Shown: positions 56,359 through 64,000 of the stretch, in pieces
Position numbering within the stretch: the stretch's first letter is position 1
How the letters are laid out: the number at the start of each line of letters is the position of its first letter
DNA from: a virus
Taxonomy: Duplodnaviria; Heunggongvirae; Uroviricota; Caudoviricetes
Virus record (IMG/VR): IMGVR_UViG_3300043449_002776
Length of the DNA: 64,000 nucleotides
Strand: one strand, 5' to 3'
Position numbers and translations under genes: made by a program
The notes under the pieces: model-generated
Databases searched by the model: none
What the model saw: the letters and a program-made list of their open reading frames with translations, nothing else
What the model was told of the DNA's origin: nothing

Positions 56359-56559
56359 ACCAAGAAAGTTAAAGTAGTCTAGTGTGACTCGATGCTAACA
56401 CTACCTCCAATGTAAGATCAGGAGGATCTGTTAGTGCGAGACGACGCTTGGTTGGTTATCCGGCAATGCCAACCCATCATCTTGAACGCCGGTCAGAGTT
56501 GATGTTGCGTCACCCCCACCGGGAATGGATAGTTGAGACCATCCCGGTGGGGTTTTTTT
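56359..56559 (+). ncRNA. candidate small RNA (or micro-ORF transcript) delimited by promoter and terminator
   Basis: About 200-nt promoter-to-terminator unit lacking ORF above 30 codons; internal AGGAGG. Confidence 0.3.
56513..56559 (+). terminator. rho-independent terminator
   Basis: CCCCACCGGGA ... TCCCGGTGGGG TTTTTTT. Confidence 0.7.
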
Positions 56560-56567
56560 GTTTAAAA

Positions 56568-56981
56568 TTATGACTTATCTTCTAAAGATTCAGCGAATAC
56601 TTCAAATTTTCGACGCATTTCTTTGATTTCTTTTTCACTTTTATCTTCTATATTGATCATTTTGGCGTTTGCACCTTTTTGAGCGGCAATCAATTCATTT
56701 AGTTTGAGTTGCATTGCCATAGACTCTTTATTGTGAGCCCTTTGCAAAAGAAACACCATCAAAAAAGTTATGATGGTTGTGCCGGTGTTTATGACCAATT
56801 GCCAAGTGTCGCTGTAATTAAAGAATGGCCCTAGTATAATCCATGCCATAATAGTTGCCAGAGCTATAGCGAATGCGGACGAGCTTCCTGCCCAATTTGT
56901 TGTCCACTTTGCCAGATTTTCAAAAATTCTGAGAATCAAGCTCCACCTCCTGCGGTATAAGGACTCTGGTATATAGAACAA
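56568..56981 (-). CDS. small membrane protein
   Basis: 137 aa with 2-3 TM helices. Confidence 0.45.
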   Translation of the reverse strand: MFYIPESLYRRRWSLILRIFENLAKWTTNWAGSSSAFAIALATIMAWIILGPFFNYSDTWQLVINTGTTIITFLMVFLLQRAHNKESMAMQLKLNELIAAQKGANAKMINIEDKSEKEIKEMRRKFEVFAESLEDKS

Positions 56982-57012
56982 ATAATTTTCTTTACGAAGG
57001 ATAAGTTTTGAT

Positions 57013-57918
57013 ATGACTATGACTTGGGCAGAAAGCTATAATAAGCTCTTGCAAGGCGACTATGATAATGGTTGGCCAAGCCATGATATTATTCCTGTTC
57101 AAAACAAAAACGGCACATCAGCAGCAAGTACGTATGGCTTGCCTATTTGGCAAGGGGATATTGAGCCGATAAGCCTGCTAGTCAATGCCGAGTTTGGCGA
57201 CGGCGATACAATTCAATACTACAGATTCATTGAAGCCGCCAAGCAAAGAGTTAGCAAAGTTATTTTGCGATGCAATGATGAATTTGCTCATTTGTTTTCG
57301 GATATAGAAGTTGCTTCTTCATTCTCAGAGCCTCCAGAGGCTGATAAAATCATTCACATGATGGCTTTGCCCAAAGTCTTGCAAATCAAGAAACAAAATA
57401 TTTGTGGCAAGGCGTATCTTAAACCGAATGGGGCTGTTCCCGCTTGTGAGCCGATACAAGTATTAAGTTCCTATGGCTTTTCTAAGTTTGGACTTAATTG
57501 GGCAGGCAATCCCTTTAGTCCACGAGATTCTATAAGATCTATTCCTGTGGATTTGTTTTCAAAATTGCATATTGAAGGCATACGGTTCTTCAGTCTAAAT
57601 AAACTTTTTACACCTCCACAGTCTTATTTTGATTGCAGAGGCTTGATGTATGACTGGAATCAGACGGCTCATTTGATCAGTTTAATGAGCCTTGTTATTA
57701 CTGTGGAAACATCAATTGCTTGTTTGGCTGGTGCTCTTGGCGTGCCAGTTTGGGTGCTCGTCCCTTCTGAAGCACCTGAATATCGATGGGGACTTGAAGG
57801 CACTTCTACGCTGTGGTATGACAGTATGAAGCTCTACAGGAAGCAAGGAACTTGGGAAAATACTTTAGATCAAGTAGCCTTAGATTTTAGAGAGCATCTT
57901 GCATGTTCTTACTCTTAA
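57013..57918 (+). CDS. putative GT9-family glycosyltransferase (heptosyltransferase-like)
   Basis: C-terminal VITVETSIACLAGALGVPVWVLVPSEAPEYRWG resembles GT9 donor-binding region. Confidence 0.4.
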   Translation: MTMTWAESYNKLLQGDYDNGWPSHDIIPVQNKNGTSAASTYGLPIWQGDIEPISLLVNAEFGDGDTIQYYRFIEAAKQRVSKVILRCNDEFAHLFSDIEVASSFSEPPEADKIIHMMALPKVLQIKKQNICGKAYLKPNGAVPACEPIQVLSSYGFSKFGLNWAGNPFSPRDSIRSIPVDLFSKLHIEGIRFFSLNKLFTPPQSYFDCRGLMYDWNQTAHLISLMSLVITVETSIACLAGALGVPVWVLVPSEAPEYRWGLEGTSTLWYDSMKLYRKQGTWENTLDQVALDFREHLACSYS

Positions 57919-60900
57919 GACTGTTTTTTACTCGTTTGTGCTCGGTCTTTGCTTGCTGCATTACTTTGGACTTAGACTTACTTGAGAGTTTGTCATCTTT
58001 AATCGCTTTAATTGGCTTGGGCAATGCTTTCAATGCAGCCATTTCAGGACTGTTGTTAGTCGCACTAACAGAGCTTTGATTTCTAGAATTGTTTTTATCA
58101 ATCTTCTTGATTTCTGTGACTTCACGAACCACTGGTTTTTGTGGTGCATCCTTAACTTTTGGCTTCGGAGCACTTGGTGTCTCCAGCTTTTTGAGTTGAG
58201 CCATTTGAGGCGTATTGTTAAGTGGTTCTGCTGAATTTTCATTTCTTGCATGACGTTTATTTGTTTTTTTAACTTCGTTTGTTCTTACAATTTCAAGTTC
58301 AATTTGCGGCTTTGCATTTGGTGTTGTAGGAACTTGTAAGCTCTTCAATTGAGCCATTTGTGGTGTGTTTTGCAACTGAGGAGTGCTCAAGTCATCTAAT
58401 CTGAACGAAGGCAACATCATCATGCTGCCAGTTTTGTTAGGCCGAATTTGTGGTTTTGGATCTGCTGGAGGAAAATAAGTTTTCGGAACAGCATCTTCTG
58501 GTTTAACTCTGATTTTTTGACGGCAGAAAGTAATGGCTGGCAAATATGCCACTCCACCAAAACAAGGCAGGGAATCTTGGGATTGGTTGATGCAAAGTGC
58601 AGTAATATCTTTTCTTTGCTTGTAAACAAGCTTTGAGCCAAAGCCTTGAACAAAATCAATTACACCACAGAATTGATGATCATTCTTGTATCCGCATTTG
58701 ACAGCAACTGGGCATTTGCTTACGGTGATGTAAACCTTTCCACTGCTCAGTTTTGCAGTGCCACCACATGTTGCTCCACCTTGTGGATATATTACGAAAA
58801 TATTTGTGAAGTATTCGCCACCGCACAGTACGCCGCCTGTAGCAAGATGTGCATGTGTCATCTGTACTACTGCACTACCTGATGCAAGTACACCGAAGTT
58901 AACTGTTGCTATGTAATCACTTACAGCACTGCCCGAAACTATGGCACCGCCTGTCATACTTGTATCAACAACTGCAAATTTCTCTATATCAGCTTGTCCA
59001 TTTAGTGTGATTCCGCCACTAGTGGAGATATTGTAAATTGCAAATACGCTGCTTGTTCCAGAGCCTTTACATCCACCAGATGCATTGAATGTTTCAGATT
59101 CATTTGATGTGGCACTGCCTGAAGCCCGAACTCCCCCAAACGTAGTTGGGTTGAATACTATGAATTGCCCCGATTGACCAGATGCAACAGATCCACCAGA
59201 TGTAATTGTGTTGATTTGAGTTTCTTGGCTCGAAGCACCTGTCGCAGTTGATCCACCACTACTCATTAAATTGTAAATAGCAGCAATATTACTTGCACCA
59301 TTTACTAAGACGCCTCCAGTCATTTGCTGTGTTTGATCAAGAAGCTGAACACTACTTCCACTAACTAAGCTTCCGCCACTAGCCAATATGTTATAAGCTG
59401 CATTTGCAAGAGCAGAGCCACTTAGGGTTGTTCCGCCTGACATTGTTTCTGTGTTGGCTGAGGCAGAGCCTACAGATCCATTAGCAATCACTCCACCAGA
59501 GCTTGTAATGTTGTAGATTGCTGAGTTTGTTGATGCTCCATTTACAACAATGCCACCACTCATGTTTTCGGTGTTGTTGCTTAATTGACTTACGGTGCCA
59601 GAGGCTAAAACTCCACTTGATCCAAGCACATTGTAAGTCGCCTGTGTGGTTGCTGATCCGCTAGCAAGTACACCACCAGACATAGATTCAATGTCATTTA
59701 ATGCTTGTGAGACGGTTCCATTTGCAGTTATTCCGCCTGATGCAATAACATTATAAATTGCACTAAGTGTAGCACTGCCATTTGCAACAATGCCACCAGA
59801 CATTGATTCTATGTCGGCAAAAGTTGAACCTACTGCTCCGCTAGCAAGAACACCACCAGAAGCGGTTATATTGTAAGCTGCAATATTGATTGCTGCACCG
59901 TTGGCAAGTGAACCACCAGACATTGATTCGGAATCGACAAATGTGGTTCCTATTGTCCCATCGACTTTTGCACCACCCGAAACAGCGAGATTGTAAGTTA
60001 CGACGGCAGTTGCCGCTCCATTAATAAGCACTCCACCGGACATTGTTTCAATATCAGCAAACGTGCTTGCTATTGTTCCTCCAGCAAGGGCACCATTGGT
60101 AGCAGTGATATTGTAAGAAGCAACGACACTTGATGTTCCACCAGCAAGAACACCACCAGACATAGTCTCGATATCGGCAAAAGTCGTTACTATTGTTCCA
60201 TTAACTGCAACCCCGCCACTTGCGGTAACATTATAAGTAACAACAGCATTTGCTATTCCACTGGCAAGAGCACCACCAGACATTGACTCACTGTCAACAA
60301 AGGTAGTTCCCGCTGTTCCGCTTGCAATAACACCGCCGAAAGCGTTAATGTTGTAAGTGGCAAGTGCAGTTGTTGTTCCGCTAGTAACAACACCACCGGC
60401 CATAGTCTCGATATCGGCAAAAGTAGTTGCTATTGCTCCATTAAGTGTAATTCCGCCACTTGCGGCAACATTATAAGCAACAACAGCGGTTGCTGTACCA
60501 CCAGCAAGAGTTCCACCCGACATTCTCTCAATGTCAGCGAAAGCACTTCCTGCTGTGCCATTGACTTTTGCACCGCCACTTGCAATAACATTGTAAATTG
60601 CAGTAGCAGTAGACGTTCCTCCAGCAAGAACTCCACCAGACATTGTCTCGGTGTCAGCAAATGTGGTTCCTGCTGTTCCATTGGGTTTTGCACCACCACT
60701 TGCGGCAACATTATAAGTAGCAACAGCGGTTGCTGTTCCGCCAGCAAGGGTTCCACCTGACATTGTCTCAATGTCAGCAAATGTGGTTCCTGCTGTGGTG
60801 TTTAATTTTACTCCACCAGAAACGGCAACATTGTAAGCTGCAAGGGAGTTTGCTGTTCCACCAGCAACAGCACCACCAGTGACTGTATCAACGTCAGAGA

Positions 60901-63900
60901 AGGTTGCCCCTGCTGTTCCGTCAGCAAGAGCACCGCCTGAAGCAGTGGTATTGTAAGTTGCAACCGTAGTTGCTGTTCCGCCAGCAAGAGCACTACCTGA
61001 AGCGGTGGTATTGTAAATTACAGTTGTGGCAGACGCTCCTCCAGCAAGCACGCCGCCAGACATTAATTCAAGATCGCTAAATGTTGTTGCTGTTGTTCCA
61101 TTTACTTTTATGCCACCTGAAACGGCTACATTGTAAATTGCAGTGATAGCAGACGTTGCTCCAGCAAGAACTCCGCCAGACATCAATTCAGCATCATTGA
61201 AAATTTGTTGTACAGTGCCACCGGCTAAGAGGCCACCTGAGGTAGTAATATTGTAAGTTGCGAGCGGTGTAGTTGCACCATTAACGACAACTCCTCCTGA
61301 TGAAATTTCAGAAGTTATTTTAACTCCATCTGTGCTTCCGTTTACAACAGCCCCAACGTATTCTTCGAAGTTTCCGACAGAAGAAAGAGTTAAATTTTGA
61401 TACAGATCAAATCTACTTGCTGGTGAGTACATCTCATAAGCTTCATTTGCTGTAATTGCTCTGTCGTAAATTCTTATGTCGTCTATCGAAATATTTGCAT
61501 AACTAGAACTCAAAGATAGATCGGAATAACCTGTTCCTATCTTTAATGTTCCCAAGCATGGGGCAATTTCTCCGGTACAGCCTTCGGATTGAATTTGAAT
61601 TCCATTTTTGTAAAGAATTAAAGTTGAACCGTTATAAACTAGACTGTAATGAATCCATGCAGTGCTTGTATTGCTTGAGCCATCAACAATGTCGATAGTA
61701 CTAAATTGTGGAGATGGACTTGATGTGCCTGTTTCAAGCTCGAATCTAAAGCTGCCGTTATAATCTGCATAGAACTTAAATTGTGTAGTAGATGGTGGTG
61801 AAGTCGAAGAATCTGATTGTTCTAAAAACACTTCATCAGCAGTTCCCAATCCATTTCTTCTTACCCACAATGAAATTGTGCAAGAAGATTTATTTCCCAA
61901 GTAATCGACAGTTTCACTTTCGGCAAATTCACTCAAGCCATCAAATGTCAAAACTCTGCCATGAACATCATCAGTTTGCCAATTTAAAGTAACATCCGTT
62001 GACTGAATGGTTGCATGATTATCGCTTATTCTGTTGTAGATAAGTTGAGATTCTGAACCAAAGCCACCCCACCAAGATCTCAATCCTCTCATTTGGCTAG
62101 AAGATCTATTCAAAGACTTAAAGCCAGTTGGTTTGAAATTTTGTGCCAGTCGATTTGGAGGGATTACAAATCCATAATCTGTGTACAATTGTGGGTTGTA
62201 AATTGCATATACGGATGCGGTTCCACCAGCCGATACTCCTGCACCCTCTGTGGTAACATTTCCTGCAACCTTATCGACAATTGCTGTTCCTGAACATATT
62301 ACACCTCCTGAAGTTTGTTGAGTGTAAATGTAATTTATTGAACTTGATCCGTTTAGTATGGCTCCGCCAGATGCACTGACATTGTAAGTTGCAACGGAAT
62401 TTACGGTTCCATTTACAACAATTCCACCAGATATGGATTCAACGTCAGCAAAGGTTGTTCCTGCCGTTCCATTAACTCTTACGCCACTAGAGGTTGTGAT
62501 GTTGTAAGTTGCAAGAGGAGTTGTTGTTCCGCTAGCAAGAATGCCGCTAGACATTGTCTCAATGTCAGTAAAGGTTGTTCCTGCCGTTCCATTAAGTCTT
62601 ACACCGTCGAGTGTTGTGATGTTGTAAGTTGCAAGAGGAGTTGTTGTTCCATTGACTCTTGTTCCGCCTGAAGCAGTGATATTGTAAGTCGCAACAGCAG
62701 TTGCAGTTCCATTAGCAAAAGCACCACCGGACATTGTGTCAACGTCAGCAAAGGTTGTTCCTGCTGTTCCATTTGCTTTTGCACCACCAGAAGCAGTGAC
62801 ATTATATGTTGCAATTACTGTTGCAGTTCCGCCAGCAAGAGCACCACCGGACATAGTGTCAATGTCAGAGAATGTTGTTCCTGCTGTGCCATTTGCTTTT
62901 GCACCACCAGTTGCTGTGACATTGTAAGTTGCAAGAGGAGTTGTTGTTCCGCCAGTAATAGCACCACCAGACATTGTGTCAACATCAGCAAAGGTTGTTC
63001 CTGCTGTTCCATTTGCTTTTGCACCACCAGAAGCAGTGACATTGTAAGTTGCAAGAGCGATTGCTGTGCCACCAGCAAGGGGACCACCAGAAGCAATGAC
63101 ATTGTAAGTTGCAACAGCAGTTGCATTTCCACCAGCAAGGGCACCACCAGACATTGATTCAGTGTCTGCGAATGTTGTTCCTGCTGTACCGTTTACTACA
63201 GTTCCGCCAATTGCTGTGATATTATAAGTTACAACAGCAGTTGCAGTTCCACCAGTAATAGCACCACCAGACATTGTGTCAACATCAGCAAAGGTTGTTC
63301 CTGCTGTTCCATTTGCTTTTGCACCACCAGAAGCAGTGACATTATATGTTACAATTGCTGTTGCATTTCCACTAGCAAGGACACCACCGGACATTGATTC
63401 AATGTCTGCGAATATTGTTCCTGCTGTTCCATTGACTTTTGTACCACCAGAAGCAGTGACATTATATGTTGCAATTACTGTTGCAGTTCCGCCAGCAAGA
63501 GCACCACCGGACATAGTGTCAATGTCAGAGAATGTTGTTCCTGCTGTTCCGCTTACTACATTTCCTCCACTTGCAGTAACATTGTAAGTTACAAAAGCAT
63601 TTGCCGTTCCGCCAGCTAGGGTTCCGCCACTTGCGATAACATTGTAAGTCGCAATTGCAGTAGCGGTTCCACCAGCAAGAGCACCACCTGTAACTATGTC
63701 AACGTCAGCAAATGTTGTTCCTGCTGTTCCACCAGATAGGCTTCCGCCAGAAGCAGTGACATTATATGTTGCAATTACAGTTGCTGTTCCATTTACAACA
63801 ATTCCACCAGCCATTGCTTCAGTATCGCCGAATATTGTTGCCGCTGTTCCGCCAGATAGGGCTCCACCACTTGCGATAATATTGTAAGTTGCTACGGCAG

Positions 63901-64000
63901 TTGCAGTTCCGCCAGCAAGAGCACCACCGGACATTGCATCAACGTCTGCAAATGTTGTTCCTGCTGTTCCATTTACTTTTGCACCACCAGAAGCAGTGAC
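57887..64000 (-). CDS. giant repeat protein (over 2000 aa, N-terminus beyond window): putative tail fibre/adhesin with about 34-aa GGTAxAxATYNVxASGG repeats, a LamG/ConA-like domain and basic C-terminus with TPQMAQLK repeats
   Basis: Single uninterrupted frame; repeats visible at DNA and protein level; central ISLWVRR...YSLVYNGSTLILYKNG lectin-like segment. Confidence 0.6.
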   Translation of the reverse strand, partial: VTASGGAKVNGTAGTTFADVDAMSGGALAGGTATAVATYNIIASGGALSGGTAATIFGDTEAMAGGIVVNGTATVIATYNVTASGGSLSGGTAGTTFADVDIVTGGALAGGTATAIATYNVIASGGTLAGGTANAFVTYNVTASGGNVVSGTAGTTFSDIDTMSGGALAGGTATVIATYNVTASGGTKVNGTAGTIFADIESMSGGVLASGNATAIVTYNVTASGGAKANGTAGTTFADVDTMSGGAITGGTATAVVTYNITAIGGTVVNGTAGTTFADTESMSGGALAGGNATAVATYNVIASGGPLAGGTAIALATYNVTASGGAKANGTAGTTFADVDTMSGGAITGGTTTPLATYNVTATGGAKANGTAGTTFSDIDTMSGGALAGGTATVIATYNVTASGGAKANGTAGTTFADVDTMSGGAFANGTATAVATYNITASGGTRVNGTTTPLATYNITTLDGVRLNGTAGTTFTDIETMSSGILASGTTTPLATYNITTSSGVRVNGTAGTTFADVESISGGIVVNGTVNSVATYNVSASGGAILNGSSSINYIYTQQTSGGVICSGTAIVDKVAGNVTTEGAGVSAGGTASVYAIYNPQLYTDYGFVIPPNRLAQNFKPTGFKSLNRSSSQMRGLRSWWGGFGSESQLIYNRISDNHATIQSTDVTLNWQTDDVHGRVLTFDGLSEFAESETVDYLGNKSSCTISLWVRRNGLGTADEVFLEQSDSSTSPPSTTQFKFYADYNGSFRFELETGTSSPSPQFSTIDIVDGSSNTSTAWIHYSLVYNGSTLILYKNGIQIQSEGCTGEIAPCLGTLKIGTGYSDLSLSSSYANISIDDIRIYDRAITANEAYEMYSPASRFDLYQNLTLSSVGNFEEYVGAVVNGSTDGVKITSEISSGGVVVNGATTPLATYNITTSGGLLAGGTVQQIFNDAELMSGGVLAGATSAITAIYNVAVSGGIKVNGTTATTFSDLELMSGGVLAGGASATTVIYNTTASGSALAGGTATTVATYNTTASGGALADGTAGATFSDVDTVTGGAVAGGTANSLAAYNVAVSGGVKLNTTAGTTFADIETMSGGTLAGGTATAVATYNVAASGGAKPNGTAGTTFADTETMSGGVLAGGTSTATAIYNVIASGGAKVNGTAGSAFADIERMSGGTLAGGTATAVVAYNVAASGGITLNGAIATTFADIETMAGGVVTSGTTTALATYNINAFGGVIASGTAGTTFVDSESMSGGALASGIANAVVTYNVTASGGVAVNGTIVTTFADIETMSGGVLAGGTSSVVASYNITATNGALAGGTIASTFADIETMSGGVLINGAATAVVTYNLAVSGGAKVDGTIGTTFVDSESMSGGSLANGAAINIAAYNITASGGVLASGAVGSTFADIESMSGGIVANGSATLSAIYNVIASGGITANGTVSQALNDIESMSGGVLASGSATTQATYNVLGSSGVLASGTVSQLSNNTENMSGGIVVNGASTNSAIYNITSSGGVIANGSVGSASANTETMSGGTTLSGSALANAAYNILASGGSLVSGSSVQLLDQTQQMTGGVLVNGASNIAAIYNLMSSGGSTATGASSQETQINTITSGGSVASGQSGQFIVFNPTTFGGVRASGSATSNESETFNASGGCKGSGTSSVFAIYNISTSGGITLNGQADIEKFAVVDTSMTGGAIVSGSAVSDYIATVNFGVLASGSAVVQMTHAHLATGGVLCGGEYFTNIFVIYPQGGATCGGTAKLSSGKVYITVSKCPVAVKCGYKNDHQFCGVIDFVQGFGSKLVYKQRKDITALCINQSQDSLPCFGGVAYLPAITFCRQKIRVKPEDAVPKTYFPPADPKPQIRPNKTGSMMMLPSFRLDDLSTPQLQNTPQMAQLKSLQVPTTPNAKPQIELEIVRTNEVKKTNKRHARNENSAEPLNNTPQMAQLKKLETPSAPKPKVKDAPQKPVVREVTEIKKIDKNNSRNQSSVSATNNSPEMAALKALPKPIKAIKDDKLSSKSKSKVMQQAKTEHKRVKNSLKSKNMQDAL

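Noticed and set aside
58030-63887. Numerous 60-120-aa ORFs on both strands within 57887-64000 (e.g. 60430-60780, 62815-63147, 63276-63587)
   Set aside because: They arise from the low-complexity repeat DNA of the giant fibre gene, which is read in one long uninterrupted frame on the minus strand.
58900-63960. Regularly spaced about 102-nt direct repeats, superficially CRISPR-like periodicity
   Set aside because: The repeats are translated (protein-level repeats, no unique spacers, no cas genes, variable repeat ends), so this is a tandem-repeat coding region, not a CRISPR array.

Overview
This AT-rich window (about 38-40% GC) reads like a slice of a large (jumbo/huge) bacteriophage genome, not a bacterial chromosome; most protein genes are hypothetical. 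Translation- and nucleic-acid-related genes: IF-1 (infA), a PTH2-type peptidyl-tRNA hydrolase, NAD-dependent DNA ligase (ligA), two sigma-70-family sigma factors, a Ro60/TROVE-vWA protein, a GMP reductase (guaC), a metallophosphoesterase and an HNH homing endonuclease. Structural genes: several very large Gly/Ser/Thr-rich repeat proteins that look like fibre/adhesin proteins, one longer than 2000 aa and truncated at the window end. Accessory glycan-modification genes: fucosyltransferase, RmlC, sulfotransferases, GT9 and FkbM/SAM methyltransferases. About 40 tRNA or tRNA-like genes sit in arrays at roughly 19.7-20.0, 30.5-38.6, 43.0-44.2, 46.4 and 50.0-51.0 kb. Three features stand out as candidate novel systems. 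First, a complete phage-encoded ubiquitin-like conjugation module at 20.9-25.0 kb: two paralogous E2-like proteins, a JAB/MPN+ isopeptidase, a ThiF/E1-like enzyme and a ThiS/MoaD-like small protein. Second, an unusual set of interrupted tRNA genes: short (about 45-60 nt) insertions sit inside the D-loop or between position 26 and the anticodon stem, and a highly conserved 21-22-nt motif (GAATGnnAGAwwGGATTACATC) recurs about 10 times in the tRNA arrays. Third, one tRNA (probably Lys-UUU) carries an approximately 197-nt group-I-like intron in the anticodon loop, with an adjacent HNH endonuclease gene and a duplicated 3'-exon fragment. Sigma-70-like promoters (TTGACn-17-TAtnAT) and rho-independent terminators are visible. 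All calls were made by eye from sequence and motif recognition; no searches or folding programs were run.
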